Positions 18,935 to 29,478 of a DNA stretch of 64,000 bases are shown piece by piece. The stretch's first letter is position 1. Each line of letters begins with the position of its first letter. The notes beneath the pieces were generated by a model that saw nothing but the letters and a program-made list of their open reading frames with translations, was not told the origin of the DNA and ran no database searches. The stretch is taken from sequence record PV340851.1, one strand, 5' to 3'. A program made the translations under genes and the position numbers.

Positions 18935-19878
18935 ACGACAAAAAATTCCTTTGGGTTGAGCAGTACCGTCCACACACTGTTGACGACTGCATCCTTCCTT
19001 CTAATCTTAAAGATGTCTTCAAAGGTTTTGTAGAACAAGGTGAGATCCCTAACCTGCTGCTGACTGGCACAGCAGGAGTTGGTAAGACAACCGTTGCCAA
19101 AGCGTTGTGTGAGGATATTGGTGCCTCTTACATCGTCATCAACGGATCCGACGAGGGTCGCTTCCTTGACACTGTTCGCAACCGTGTCCGAACCTTTGCC
19201 ACTACCGTCTCATTGACTGCTAGCGCCGCCCACAAGGTCGTTATCATCGATGAGGCAGACAACACCACCCATGACGTTCAACTGTCCCTGAGAACCGCCG
19301 TAGAGGAGTTCCACACAAACTGTAGATTCATCTTTACGTGCAACTTCTCTAACAAGATTATTGATCCACTGCACTCCCGTTGTACTGTTGTTGACTTCCG
19401 AGTCAAGAACGATGTGAAGATGGAACTGCAAGGTAAGTTCTTTCAACGCCTCAAGCAGATCCTAGATGACAACGGAGTCAAGTATGAAGATAAGATCATC
19501 GCCAAACTTATCCAGAGATATTATCCTGATTGGCGTCGCCTTATCAATGAGTGTCAGCGTCATGCTGCAAGTGGAGATCTTGGCGCTCATGTTCTTGCTG
19601 ATGTATCTGATGTTAATCTGGACCAGTTGATTCGCTCCTTGAAGAACAAAGAGTTCACTACTGTTCGTAAGTGGGTTGTGGATAACATTGATAATGATCC
19701 TAACATTATCATGCGAAAGATCTATGACACGTTGTACGAAAGCATCAAACCTAAGCACATCCCTGAGGCAGTTTTGGTGATTGCCAAGTATCAATATCAG
19801 ATTGCGTTCGTTGCTGACCAAGAGGTAAACCTCCTGGCATGTCTGACCGAGATCATGATGTCATGTGAGTTTAAATAA
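18931..19878 (+). CDS. gp44: Clamp loader large subunit
   Basis: Motifs WVEQYRP, GTAGVGKT and IIDEAD. Confidence 0.97.
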   Translation: MNDKKFLWVEQYRPHTVDDCILPSNLKDVFKGFVEQGEIPNLLLTGTAGVGKTTVAKALCEDIGASYIVINGSDEGRFLDTVRNRVRTFATTVSLTASAAHKVVIIDEADNTTHDVQLSLRTAVEEFHTNCRFIFTCNFSNKIIDPLHSRCTVVDFRVKNDVKMELQGKFFQRLKQILDDNGVKYEDKIIAKLIQRYYPDWRRLINECQRHAASGDLGAHVLADVSDVNLDQLIRSLKNKEFTTVRKWVVDNIDNDPNIIMRKIYDTLYESIKPKHIPEAVLVIAKYQYQIAFVADQEVNLLACLTEIMMSCEFK

Positions 19879-19893
19879 TAATTAAAATTTGCC

Positions 19894-20097
19894 ATGAAAG
19901 TATCGCGTTCAGAAATGATTCATCATAAAATACAAGCAGCAATGAGAGAACACTGCTTTATGGATGACGATCTAATGTATCTGGGATTCAATGAAGACAA
20001 AGGAGAACATGAGTACAAAATCAACGGACAGCACATCGTCGTTGCTTCCCAACTCGAAGGTTTCGACCGAATCGACGAGGGTGAAGACGACACCTAA
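19894..20097 (+). CDS. Hypothetical protein
   Basis: 67-aa ORF within the operon. Confidence 0.6.
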   Translation: MKVSRSEMIHHKIQAAMREHCFMDDDLMYLGFNEDKGEHEYKINGQHIVVASQLEGFDRIDEGEDDT

Positions 20098-20272
20098 GAA
20101 CGTCCAAGAAGCAAACGAAGCATTGTTTCGTGCTACAATGAACCTTCCTGCTGCTGCACGTCACTGTGGAATGACAGAGCGTGAGATGAAGCACATTTTT
20201 TATGAATACCTGAAGTACAATGCCCCAGACTTTGAAATCCCTGAAGACACCCCTGCGCTATCCAGGGGGTAA
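20081..20272 (+). CDS. Hypothetical protein
   Basis: GTG start after GAGG; MKTTPKNVQEANEALFRATMNLPAAARHCGM, which could be HTH-like. Confidence 0.65.
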   Translation: MKTTPKNVQEANEALFRATMNLPAAARHCGMTEREMKHIFYEYLKYNAPDFEIPEDTPALSRG

Positions 20273-21065
20273 GAGTCGTGCCCTGAGTAAACTATTTCAG
20301 TACATCCCTGATCTCAAGGAATACACTGACTACCACGAACCTTTCCTTGGTGGTGGTTCAGTAGCATTGGAAATTGGTAAACGATATCCACACCTAAACA
20401 TCTGGGTCAATGATCTGTATGAGCCACTATATAACTTTTGGCGTGTGCTACAGGATCATGGGCATGATCTTAAGAATATTCTATTGCAACTTAAACAGCG
20501 ACATCCAGATCCAACTTCTGCCAAGGGTCTATTTCTGGATGCTAAGGACTACCTCGCCAAGGATGTTAAAGACACTGAGGACATTCATCGTGCTGTGTCT
20601 TTTTACGTTGTCAATAAGTGCAGTTTCTCAGGTCTCACAGAGTCATCATCATTCTCCAAGCAAGCAAGTGATAGCAACTTCTCTTTGAATGGCATTCAAA
20701 AGTTGACTGACTACCAGGCATTGATTGGTAACTGGAAAATTACTAACCATTCTTATGAACAACTCCTTAGCGATCACAAGCAGACCTTCATCTACCTTGA
20801 TCCCCCCTACGAGATCGGAAGTAATCTTTACGGTCGAAGGGGATCTATGCACAAAGGATTTGACCACGATGCCTTTGCTGGTGATTGTGATCGTTTTGTC
20901 AGTCCTCAACTTATATCTTACAATTCGTCGCAACTGATCCGAGATCGATTCCAGGGGTGGACAGCTGCTGAATTTGCACACACTTACACCATGCGCTCCG
21001 TGGGGAGTTATAATACAGATCAAGCGTCTCGCAAGGAACTGGTCCTGACTAACTATGAAGTGTGA
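20220..21065 (+). CDS. dam: DNA adenine methyltransferase (Dam family)
   Basis: Motifs LRYPGGKSR, EPFLGGGS and catalytic DPPY. Confidence 0.92.
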   Translation: MPQTLKSLKTPLRYPGGKSRALSKLFQYIPDLKEYTDYHEPFLGGGSVALEIGKRYPHLNIWVNDLYEPLYNFWRVLQDHGHDLKNILLQLKQRHPDPTSAKGLFLDAKDYLAKDVKDTEDIHRAVSFYVVNKCSFSGLTESSSFSKQASDSNFSLNGIQKLTDYQALIGNWKITNHSYEQLLSDHKQTFIYLDPPYEIGSNLYGRRGSMHKGFDHDAFAGDCDRFVSPQLISYNSSQLIRDRFQGWTAAEFAHTYTMRSVGSYNTDQASRKELVLTNYEV

Positions 21066-21195
21066 AGTAAGACTCTACGTTGCAGGTCGTATGTTCTCCG
21101 AGGAAGTGTACGCTCGCAACTATCAAGAAGCAAGGGAGGTTGCCCTTGCTCGCAACCCTAATGCTACTGTGATGGGCGTAACCGCCAAACTATGA
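21055..21195 (+). CDS. Hypothetical protein (46 aa); not in the ORF track
   Basis: Manual translation MKCEVRLYVAGRMFSEEVYARNYQEAREVALARNPNA...; ATGA-coupled to g62. Confidence 0.7.
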   Translation: MKCEVRLYVAGRMFSEEVYARNYQEAREVALARNPNATVMGVTAKL

Positions 21196-21575
21196 AACCA
21201 GAACTAAAAGATTACCTATACAGCATCAATCAATCTAAGCAATCAGTCATCGTAGATGCTGAGGCAGAGAAAGCATACCCACCTTTCATTGTCAATAAGT
21301 GCTTGTCTTCTTTCGTGGATAGCATCTTGTATGCTAATGAAATGAACAAGTGTACTCACTTAGATAAGAAGTTACAATATGACTTCTATATAAATAGTTT
21401 GAAGCCGAGGAAGAGATTCAGTCCTTGGTTGCGTAAAGATACAGTTGAGAATATTGATTTGGTGAAACGTTATTATGGATACAACCATAGTAAAGCAGTC
21501 GCCGCTCTTAGAATTCTTACTACGGCTGATCTTGAGCAGATCAAACGAATATTAGATAAAGGCGGTACACGATGA
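21192..21575 (+). CDS. gp62: Clamp loader small subunit
   Basis: Motifs YPPFIVNKCLS and QYDFYINSL..RKRFSPW. Confidence 0.93.
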   Translation: MKPELKDYLYSINQSKQSVIVDAEAEKAYPPFIVNKCLSSFVDSILYANEMNKCTHLDKKLQYDFYINSLKPRKRFSPWLRKDTVENIDLVKRYYGYNHSKAVAALRILTTADLEQIKRILDKGGTR

Positions 21576-21994
21576 CAACTGAAATTGTAATTGATTGGAA
21601 ACCATCTGACATGGTGGAAGTAGTTCTAAATGAACCAGATGATTTTCTAAAAGTGAGGGAGACGCTAACAAGAATTGGTGTAGCATCTCGTAAGGACCGT
21701 AAGTTGTATCAGTCCTGTCACATCTTGCATAAGCAAGGGAAGTATTATATTGTCCACTTCAAGGAACTGTTTGCCTTGGACGGTAAGAATACTAATCTCT
21801 CTGCTAATGATGTACAAAGACGTAATCGTATTGCACAACTTCTATCGGACTGGGGTCTGATTAGTGTATGTGATAAGTCATACATTCAAGATGTTGCTCC
21901 TTTGAATCAGATCAAAGTGCTATCGTACAAGGATAAGGGTGAGTGGATCCTAGAGTCGAAATATAACATTGGCAGAAAGAAACCTGAGGCATAA
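21572..21994 (+). CDS. regA: Translational repressor RegA
   Basis: Motifs DDFLKVRETLTRIG and LYQSCHILHKQGKYYIVHFKE. Confidence 0.97.
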   Translation: MTTEIVIDWKPSDMVEVVLNEPDDFLKVRETLTRIGVASRKDRKLYQSCHILHKQGKYYIVHFKELFALDGKNTNLSANDVQRRNRIAQLLSDWGLISVCDKSYIQDVAPLNQIKVLSYKDKGEWILESKYNIGRKKPEA

Positions 21995-21999
21995 ATAAC

Positions 22000-22078
22000 A
22001 GTGAGTCTTTCGTGCAGACTCTACGAATGTCGGAACACCCTACAAAGTGATGCGGTTTATACCACATCACTTTTTTTG
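22000..22078 (+). ncRNA. Putative small RNA with an H-type pseudoknot and terminator
   Basis: Late promoter at 21991; stem GAGTCT/AGACTC; loop TTCGT pairs with ACGAA at 22023-22027; terminator AAAGTGATG/CATCACTTT plus T tract. Confidence 0.55.
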
Positions 22079-22098
22079 TGTCTTGATTAAATAATAAT

Positions 22099-22157
22099 GG
22101 ATGCCTTCGGGGTCCATACAACCAATGTCTCGCTTAAATAAAGGAGCTATTCAAATG
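22099..22157 (+). promoter_or_regulatory. ROSE-like hsp20 leader (putative RNA thermometer)
   Basis: cUUCGg hairpin, then CTCGCTT-AAATA-AAGGAG pairing over the SD with a bulged G in UCGCU. Confidence 0.55.
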
Positions 22158-22562
22158 ACAAATACTTGGGATATCTATCTCCCCCACGCTGTAGGTCTGA
22201 GTGATATGTTTCACAGACTGGATTCGATGACCAGTCACAACACGAACTATCCTCCGTATAACCTAATCAAACATGACTCCAGTAATTACGAAATTCAAGT
22301 CGCTCTCGCAGGATTTAAAAGAGAGGAGATTGAAGTATCTACTGAATCAAACATTCTCAAAGTTGCCACGAAGACTGCAGGAACGGATCCTAAAGTTGAG
22401 TATCTGCACAAGGGAGTGTCGAAAAGATCATTTGCATTTACTAAGCAACTCAGTGACGATGTTAGAGTTGTGGACGTAGCATTTGAAGATGGTCTGTTGA
22501 TTATTAGTTTAGAAAAAATTATTCCAGACCACATGAAACGAACCACATACGAAGTCAAATAA
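22155..22562 (+). CDS. hsp20: Small heat shock protein (Hsp20)
   Basis: Motifs NYPPYNLI, YLHKGVSKRSF and FEDGLLII; AAGGAG SD supports the start at 22155. Confidence 0.95.
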   Translation: MTNTWDIYLPHAVGLSDMFHRLDSMTSHNTNYPPYNLIKHDSSNYEIQVALAGFKREEIEVSTESNILKVATKTAGTDPKVEYLHKGVSKRSFAFTKQLSDDVRVVDVAFEDGLLIISLEKIIPDHMKRTTYEVK

Positions 22563-22573
22563 ATATCTGGCAT

Positions 22574-22610
22574 AGGGGGCATTGCCCCCTTTCTCATTTT
22601 GTGTTATACT
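22574..22610 (+). terminator. Terminator hairpin overlapping a sigma70-like promoter
   Basis: AGGGGGC-ATT-GCCCCCT plus T-rich tail; TTGCCC(22582)-N17-TATACT(22605). Confidence 0.6.
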
Positions 22611-22630
22611 AGTAGAAACGTAGGAGATCT

Positions 22631-23107
22631 ATGTCCGAACAGATTATTGTGTTTAAGAATGGCGAGCGCGTCATCACTGAACTGAAGGAAGTGTTTGAAG
22701 GTGAGGGTGATGATCGTAAAGGCGTGTGCCTTATGATGAATCATCCTTACATTCTTGAACTGATTGAAGTTAATGATGGTGGTGCCCGTGACCTTCAAGT
22801 TAAGTTCAGCAAGTGGTGCCCATATTCCGTTGACTACCAGTTCCGTGTCCCCTATGACACCGTACTGGCACTAGGCGAACCCGACCAGGGACTCGCTGCA
22901 GCATACCGCCAGAAGGTAGAGGCAATGGAAGCAACAGCAACTGGTGACGTTCCTGAAGCGCCCCCAGCACCCACTGAGGTAGAAGACCTGGGGTGGACTG
23001 AGGGTGAGACCAACCCCAATATGGAGCAGCAGAAGGCAGACATTGATGCTGCTGTAAATGGTTTCTCTGGTAATGGAGCACCTGCTGACGCTAGTGTTGG
23101 AGCATGA
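22631..23107 (+). CDS. Hypothetical protein, possibly Sm-like fold with an acidic tail
   Basis: SD AGGAG; IIVFKNGERVITEL...HPYIL. Confidence 0.75.
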   Translation: MSEQIIVFKNGERVITELKEVFEGEGDDRKGVCLMMNHPYILELIEVNDGGARDLQVKFSKWCPYSVDYQFRVPYDTVLALGEPDQGLAAAYRQKVEAMEATATGDVPEAPPAPTEVEDLGWTEGETNPNMEQQKADIDAAVNGFSGNGAPADASVGA

Positions 23108-23358
23108 TTAAACTTTTGAAATTCGACGGGCATTGGCTCGTCGCTGAAGTTGAAGAAATTGAAGGTGCTGAGTTGGGTGACCCTGATTGTGTGCTAAAAT
23201 ATGCCTGCGAGGTGAACGAGGATGGGGCAGTGCCCTTTCCTCCCTACAGCGAAGACACCGAGTTGGTAGTGCGTTCAGAAAACATCATGATCATTTCTGA
23301 ACCATCTGCAATGTACTCGGCACTATACTATGACTTGAAAGACAAACGAGGCGAATGA
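23104..23358 (+). CDS. Hypothetical protein
   Basis: ATGA-coupled to g43. Confidence 0.75.
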   Translation: MIKLLKFDGHWLVAEVEEIEGAELGDPDCVLKYACEVNEDGAVPFPPYSEDTELVVRSENIMIISEPSAMYSALYYDLKDKRGE

Positions 23359-25847
23359 AGTTTTACACCAGCGTACAACAAGCAGGTAATTACATCCATG
23401 TTCGTGGATATCAAAACGGAGTACAGTTCAGTGATAGAGTTCCTTTCAACCCTACGCTGTATCTGCCCACACAACAACCTTCACGCTGGAAGACTCTAGA
23501 CGGAAAGAATGTTCGACCCGTACAGCAAGGCACGATTCGTGATGCAAAGAAATTTGTAGAAGATCACAAAGAGATTCCTGACTTTGAGATTTGTGGTCAG
23601 ACTCGATACCTGAATCAGTATATCTCCGAGGAGTATCCTGAAGATCAGATTGAGTTTGACTCTAGTCAGATTCGTGTCTTCACCCTTGACATCGAGACTG
23701 CTGCAGAGAATGGTTTCCCTGACATCGAGACTGCTGACCAGGAGATCCTGCTGATCTCACTGAAGGACAGTCACACAGGACGCATCCAGGTGTTCGGACG
23801 CTATGAGTTCGACAACACCCACAAGGATGTGGACTACATGCACTTCAGTACAGAAGTAGGAATGCTCAAGGCATTCTTGCACTACTGGGTATCCAACTTC
23901 CCTGATGTGATCACAGGTTGGAACGTGCAGTTGTTCGATATGACATACATCAGCAAACGCATTGAGCGTGTTGTTGGTGAACGTGAGGCAAAGATGATGT
24001 CTCCATGGAAATCAACTCTGTGTCGTGAGATTTATATCAAAGGTCGTAAGCAGATTGCCTATGACATCTCAGGTATTGCCACACTGGACTACCTTGAGTT
24101 GTATCGCAAGTTTACTTACACCAACCAAGAATCATACAAACTAGATCACATTGCTAGTGTTGAACTAGATACCAAGAAACTGGATCACAGTGAGTATGAC
24201 ACCTTCAAAGAGTTCTATACCAAGGACTGGCAGAAGTTCGTAGAGTACAACATCATTGACGTTCGTCTGGTTGACCAGCTGGATGACAAGATGAAACTAC
24301 TCGAACTGGCATTCACCATGGCATATGACGCCAAGGTGAACTACGAGGATGTATTTTCTCAAGTTCGTATGTGGGATAACTATATCTACATCGAACTACT
24401 CAAACGTAATATTGCAATTCCACCAAAGAAGGAGGCACGTAAAGATGCAAAATATGCTGGAGCGTATGTTAAAGAACCTAAGCCAGGTTTTTATGACTGG
24501 GTGGTCAGTTTTGACCTCAACTCCCTATACCCTCACCTCATTATGCAGTACAACCTCTCACCCGAGACTTTGTTACCGCACCGTCATGGTACAGCGACAG
24601 TCGATCGATTACTAGACAAAGAGATTGATACTAGTGATCTGTGTGGACAGACACTGGCAGCGAACGGAACCTTCTATGACACATCTAAGCAGGGTTTCCT
24701 GCCCATGATGATGCAGAAGATGTATGACAGTCGTGTCATCTTCAAGAAGAAGATGCTTGCTGCCAAGCAACAGTATGAGAAGACACCTACTATTGAACTA
24801 AAGAAAGAGATTGCCCGCTGTAATAACATTCAGATGGCAAAGAAGATCTCTCTCAACTCTGCTTATGGTGCTATCGGTAATGAACACTTCCGATACTTCC
24901 GACTAGAGATCGCTGAGGCAATCACATTATCTGGTCAACTCTCAATCCGTTGGATTGAGAATAAGATGAATGAATATTTGAACAAGATACTTAAATCTGA
25001 TGGAGTAGATTATGTTATTGCTAGTGATACTGATAGTATCTACCTTAACCTTGGTCCTCTTGTGGAGAAGATATACTCCAACAGAGAGAAAGATGATAAG
25101 AGCATTGTTGGGTTCCTTGACAAGGTGTGTCAGTTGGAACTTGAGAAGTATATTGAAAGTTCTTACGAGGAGCTCGCCATTTATATGAACGCATACCAGC
25201 AGAAGATGCAGATGAAGCGCGAGAACATCGCGAACCGTGGCATCTGGACTGCTAAGAAGCGTTACATCCTCAACGTATGGAACAGCGAGGGTGTTCAATA
25301 TGCCGAACCCAAGATGAAGATCATGGGTCTGGAGACTGCTCGCTCATCTACACCTGCTTACTATCGTGACAAACTGAAGAAAGCATTCAAGATTATCTTG
25401 ACACAAACCAATGAAGATCTGATAGAATTCATTGAGCATGTGAAACAGGACACACGTAAGCAAGACTATGCCGATATTGCATTCCCCCGTGGTTGTAATG
25501 GTCTAGACAAGTACAAGTGTGGTCATGACATCTACAAGAAAGGAACACCTATTCATGTTCGTGGTTCTTTGTTGTATAATTACCATGTGCGTCAACACAA
25601 GTTGACCTATAAGTATCCACTGATTCAGGAGGGTGAGAAGATCAAGTTCATCTATCTCAAGACCCCCAACCCCATGCAGGAGAACTGTATTTCTTTCTTC
25701 AGCGATATCCCGAAAGAGTTGCGAGTGGACAACTATATCGATTACCAGAAGCAATTTGAGAAGTCATTCCTTGACCCTCTCAAGAATGTGCTCGGTTGTA
25801 TCGAGTGGGATTACGAAAAGAAAGTTTCTCTATTATCATTTTTCTAA
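23355..25847 (+). CDS. gp43: Family B DNA polymerase
   Basis: Exonuclease motif DIET; polymerase motifs [18 protein letters not shown] and SDTDS; no intein apparent. Confidence 0.99.
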   Translation: MKFYTSVQQAGNYIHVRGYQNGVQFSDRVPFNPTLYLPTQQPSRWKTLDGKNVRPVQQGTIRDAKKFVEDHKEIPDFEICGQTRYLNQYISEEYPEDQIEFDSSQIRVFTLDIETAAENGFPDIETADQEILLISLKDSHTGRIQVFGRYEFDNTHKDVDYMHFSTEVGMLKAFLHYWVSNFPDVITGWNVQLFDMTYISKRIERVVGEREAKMMSPWKSTLCREIYIKGRKQIAYDISGIATLDYLELYRKFTYTNQESYKLDHIASVELDTKKLDHSEYDTFKEFYTKDWQKFVEYNIIDVRLVDQLDDKMKLLELAFTMAYDAKVNYEDVFSQVRMWDNYIYIELLKRNIAIPPKKEARKDAKYAGAYVKEPKPGFYDWVVSFDLNSLYPHLIMQYNLSPETLLPHRHGTATVDRLLDKEIDTSDLCGQTLAANGTFYDTSKQGFLPMMMQKMYDSRVIFKKKMLAAKQQYEKTPTIELKKEIARCNNIQMAKKISLNSAYGAIGNEHFRYFRLEIAEAITLSGQLSIRWIENKMNEYLNKILKSDGVDYVIASDTDSIYLNLGPLVEKIYSNREKDDKSIVGFLDKVCQLELEKYIESSYEELAIYMNAYQQKMQMKRENIANRGIWTAKKRYILNVWNSEGVQYAEPKMKIMGLETARSSTPAYYRDKLKKAFKIILTQTNEDLIEFIEHVKQDTRKQDYADIAFPRGCNGLDKYKCGHDIYKKGTPIHVRGSLLYNYHVRQHKLTYKYPLIQEGEKIKFIYLKTPNPMQENCISFFSDIPKELRVDNYIDYQKQFEKSFLDPLKNVLGCIEWDYEKKVSLLSFF

Positions 25848-25849
25848 TT

Positions 25850-26875
25850 ATGAGTTTCCTAAATTCTGTTATTAAGGACAGCAAGAATGAGTACGCTAGT
25901 TTTGTTAGCGACGGGGTTGCTGCTGGCGACGTTGAATCTTTTGTTGATACTGGCAGTTATATCTTTAACGCCGTTGTTAGCGGTTCTATTTTTGGAGGTA
26001 TCCCTTCCAATAAGATTACTGCCCTGGCAGGAGAATCAGGCACGGGCAAGACTTTCTTTTGTCTTTCTGTCGTTAAGCATTTCCTTGACACTGATCCTGA
26101 TGCTGGAGTCATTTATTTTGAAACTGAGTCTGCCATTAGTAAGCAGATGATCGAAAGTCGTGGTATCGATTCTCAACGTATGGTTATCTTCCCTGTGGAT
26201 ACCATCGAAGAGTTCCGTACCCAGGCAGTTCGCATCTGTGACAAATTCTTGGAACAACCTAAAGATCAACGCAAACCACTGATGTTCGTGTTAGACTCTC
26301 TGGGTATGCTAGCGACCAACAAAGAGGTTCAGGACGCCACTGACGACAAGCAAGTTCGTGACATGACCAAGGCACAACTTATCAAGTCTTGTTTTAGAAT
26401 CCTGACACTCAAACTTGGCAAAGCTAATATACCTATGTTAGTTACCAATCACACTTATGATGTTGTCGGCGCGTATGTCCCTACAAAAGAGATGGGGGGA
26501 GGCAGTGGACTCAAGTATTCTGCTAGTACAATCGTTTATCTCGGAAAGAAAAAAGAAAAAGATGGAACGACTCTCATCGGAAACATTATCAAATGCGAGG
26601 CTAAGAAGTCTCGTCTGACCCGCGAAGGTTCCAAGGTAGAGACCAGATTATTTTTTGACCACCGTGGTCTAGACAAATACTATGGTCTGCTAGAATTGGG
26701 AGAGCGAGCAGGGATGTGGAAAAACGTTGCTGGTCGCTATGAAATCGATGGGAAGAAAGTCTATGCTAAAGCAATCCTCAAAGATCCAGATGCATACTTT
26801 ACTCAAGAAGTTCTAGAAGAACTAGACAAACAGGCACAGAAAGAATTTTTGTACGGAGCATCTGATGACGAGTGA
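25850..26875 (+). CDS. uvsX: RecA-like recombinase UvsX
   Basis: Motifs [15 protein letters not shown] and GGGSGLKY; start moved to ATG 25850. Confidence 0.96.
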   Translation: MSFLNSVIKDSKNEYASFVSDGVAAGDVESFVDTGSYIFNAVVSGSIFGGIPSNKITALAGESGTGKTFFCLSVVKHFLDTDPDAGVIYFETESAISKQMIESRGIDSQRMVIFPVDTIEEFRTQAVRICDKFLEQPKDQRKPLMFVLDSLGMLATNKEVQDATDDKQVRDMTKAQLIKSCFRILTLKLGKANIPMLVTNHTYDVVGAYVPTKEMGGGSGLKYSASTIVYLGKKKEKDGTTLIGNIIKCEAKKSRLTREGSKVETRLFFDHRGLDKYYGLLELGERAGMWKNVAGRYEIDGKKVYAKAILKDPDAYFTQEVLEELDKQAQKEFLYGASDDE

Positions 26876-28259
26876 GAAACTGGAGACCACTATACTGCGA
26901 AACTTACTTGCCAGCGAGGAGTTCTATCGCAAAGTGGTTCCATTTCTGAAACCTGATTATTTCGAGGAGATGTCAGACCGAGTAGTCTATGAAGAAATTC
27001 AAGACTTCTCGGGTAAGTATGACAAAGTGCCAACGTCAGAAATTATTATCTTACAACTGCAGCAAAGAAATGACCTCACCGAAGAAACTTATCAAGAAGC
27101 TGTTAAACAAATTAAGGCGTACACAGACGAATACGTTGACTGCGCCTGGCTCACAGATGCTACCGAACGTTGGTGTCAAGAACGAGCCATTTATAACGCC
27201 CTCCTCCTATCGATCAAAGTCGCAGATGGAGGCGATAAGACTCTCACACGCGATGCGATTCCAGGAATACTCCAAGAAGCCTTGGCAGTATCATTCGATG
27301 AATACATCGGGCATGATTATATCGAAAATGTAACAGAACGATATGATTTCTACCACAAAGATGAGGCGAAGATTCCTTTCGACCTTGAGAAGTTCAATGC
27401 CATCACCAAAGGAGGTCTCCCCAATAAGACACTTAATATTGCTCTCGCTGGTACTGGGGTGGGCAAGTCTCTTTTTATGTGTCACTCTGCCGCTGCGTGT
27501 CTTTCGCAAGGGAAGAACGTTTTGTACATCACATGTGAGATGGCTGAGGAAAAGATTGCAGAAAGAATTGACGCTAATCTCCTCAATGTCAACATACGGG
27601 ACATCGCTGCATTACCAGAGCAGATATTCACTTCGAGAATATCTGAGATTGGAAGAAAGACACAAGGTAAGATCGTTATTAAAGAATACCCTACAGCAAG
27701 CGCACATGTTGGGCATTTTAAATCGCTCCTCAACGAACTCTCGTTGAAAAGATCTTTTAAACCTGACATCATTTTCATTGACTACCTAAATATTTGTGCG
27801 TCGTCAAGATACAAAGGACACATCGTAAACAGTTACACATACGTGAAGGCAATCGCTGAGGAACTGCGTGGTCTTGCTTGTGAACATGATGTACCTATTG
27901 TCTCTGCCACACAGACTACCCGAAATGGATTCGGCAATAGTGATGTAGAGCTTACTGACACTTCTGAATCTTTCGGTCTGCCTGCTACTGCTGATCTTAT
28001 GTTTGCTCTAATCTCTACGGAGGAACTGGAGCAGTCTGGTCGCATCATGGTTAAGCAGTTGAAGAACAGATACAATGATCTAACTACGTATCGCCGCTTC
28101 ACTGTCGGTATTGACAGATCAAAAATGAAGTTGTATAATGTTGATGATGAACCAACAGATCTTTCTACCGTAACAGAGCAAGAAGATCCTTCCGATTCTT
28201 TCGAGGACATCTCCAAGCGCCAGTCACGACTGGACAAATTTAATTCCTTTATTATCTAA
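26865..28259 (+). CDS. gp41: Replicative DNA helicase
   Basis: Motifs [12 protein letters not shown] and [11 protein letters not shown]. Confidence 0.97.
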   Translation: MTSEKLETTILRNLLASEEFYRKVVPFLKPDYFEEMSDRVVYEEIQDFSGKYDKVPTSEIIILQLQQRNDLTEETYQEAVKQIKAYTDEYVDCAWLTDATERWCQERAIYNALLLSIKVADGGDKTLTRDAIPGILQEALAVSFDEYIGHDYIENVTERYDFYHKDEAKIPFDLEKFNAITKGGLPNKTLNIALAGTGVGKSLFMCHSAAACLSQGKNVLYITCEMAEEKIAERIDANLLNVNIRDIAALPEQIFTSRISEIGRKTQGKIVIKEYPTASAHVGHFKSLLNELSLKRSFKPDIIFIDYLNICASSRYKGHIVNSYTYVKAIAEELRGLACEHDVPIVSATQTTRNGFGNSDVELTDTSESFGLPATADLMFALISTEELEQSGRIMVKQLKNRYNDLTTYRRFTVGIDRSKMKLYNVDDEPTDLSTVTEQEDPSDSFEDISKRQSRLDKFNSFII

Positions 28260-28261
28260 CA

Positions 28262-28669
28262 ATGTCTAAAGTAAATTTTGATCGTTATCAAGAATTTGTG
28301 TCTGAAGTTACTAGCGAAGCTAGTACAAATTTTGTTGATTTTGCTGACCGTATTGGTGATCTCGATCGACAAGGTGCCAATATTGAGAGACTTCTTACTA
28401 GTGGTGTTGGAATTAATGCTGAGGGCGGTGAGTTCCTTGAGATCATTAAAAAAATGGTCTTCCAAGGAAAACCGTGGAACGAAGATAATCGTGAGCATCT
28501 TATCATTGAGTTGGGTGATATCATGTGGTATGTTGCTCAAGCATGTATGGCACTTGAAGTATCTTTCGACGATGTAATCGAAACTAATGTCAACAAACTC
28601 AAGAAACGTTATCCAGGAGGAGAATTCGATGTCTTCAAATCCGAAAACCGTGCATCAGACGACCGATAA
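28262..28669 (+). CDS. mazG: MazG-like NTP pyrophosphohydrolase
   Basis: Motifs EGGEFLEIIKK, ELGDIMWY and KLKKRYP. Confidence 0.93.
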   Translation: MSKVNFDRYQEFVSEVTSEASTNFVDFADRIGDLDRQGANIERLLTSGVGINAEGGEFLEIIKKMVFQGKPWNEDNREHLIIELGDIMWYVAQACMALEVSFDDVIETNVNKLKKRYPGGEFDVFKSENRASDDR

Positions 28670-28670
28670 G

Positions 28671-28805
28671 ATGTATCACATCTATGACGACAACGGAGTC
28701 GTCATACATTCTTTGCAAGAGGAGGACTTCGACCTCCTCTATGATGCTACGAGGCATGAGTACGAAGAATGTATTATTGTCAAGAACGAAGAGGCATCTT
28801 ATTAG
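28671..28805 (+). CDS. Hypothetical protein (44 aa)
   Basis: MYHIYDD... fills the gap between mazG and the JmjC-like gene. Confidence 0.55.
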   Translation: MYHIYDDNGVVIHSLQEEDFDLLYDATRHEYEECIIVKNEEASY

Positions 28806-29456
28806 ATGACATTTGATTATGCTGGGTTGATCCGACGACCTGCTGAATACATTCCTGGTGCATTTGATCCAGGACTTGTGACCATAGAAGATATTGAAAA
28901 CTATCTAAATGATCACAAGTATGCTCATAAAGAACTGGAATGTATTCACCCTGACACAGGGTTAAAACTAAACTACGAGACGCACCATGGTCCATGGAGA
29001 GGCACCTATGACCCCGATGTCATAGAGAATCTATGGAACATCGGTGCGTCTTTTATTTTGCAGACACCTTATGTTAATTCTAAGGTCAAGCAAATGGTCA
29101 AAGCAATTGAAGAATCTAATCATGTCTCATGTGACGCACACATATACCATGGTAAGAAAAACAGTTCTTCTTTTAAACCACATTGCGATAATAGCATTAA
29201 TTTGGTGGTGCAATGCAAGGGACACTGCAGATGGAAGGTGTGGAGTATAATTAATAATAGTGTAGATACGTACCCAGACCTAAGGGAGAGACCAGCACTG
29301 GAGGTTGTCATGAACCCAGGTGATGCTATCATCGTACCTAAGGGACAGATCCATCATGCTCAACCCCTCACCGATAGAATCAGTGTTAGTTTCGCTTTCT
29401 CCCCAGGACCAAAGACAATCCAACGAAATATTAGTCTGGATTGGGACTCTAAATAG
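28806..29456 (+). CDS. JmjC/cupin-type 2OG-Fe(II) oxygenase
   Basis: HxD...H triad: FKPHCD, LVVQCKGHCRWKVW and PGDAIIVPKGQIHHA. Confidence 0.8.
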   Translation: MTFDYAGLIRRPAEYIPGAFDPGLVTIEDIENYLNDHKYAHKELECIHPDTGLKLNYETHHGPWRGTYDPDVIENLWNIGASFILQTPYVNSKVKQMVKAIEESNHVSCDAHIYHGKKNSSSFKPHCDNSINLVVQCKGHCRWKVWSIINNSVDTYPDLRERPALEVVMNPGDAIIVPKGQIHHAQPLTDRISVSFAFSPGPKTIQRNISLDWDSK

Positions 29457-29478
29457 TTGTGTAGACTAGGGTCTTAGC

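Noticed and set aside
20220-21065. Dam as part of a restriction-modification pair
   Set aside because: There is no adjacent endonuclease; solitary Dam is common in T4-like phages.
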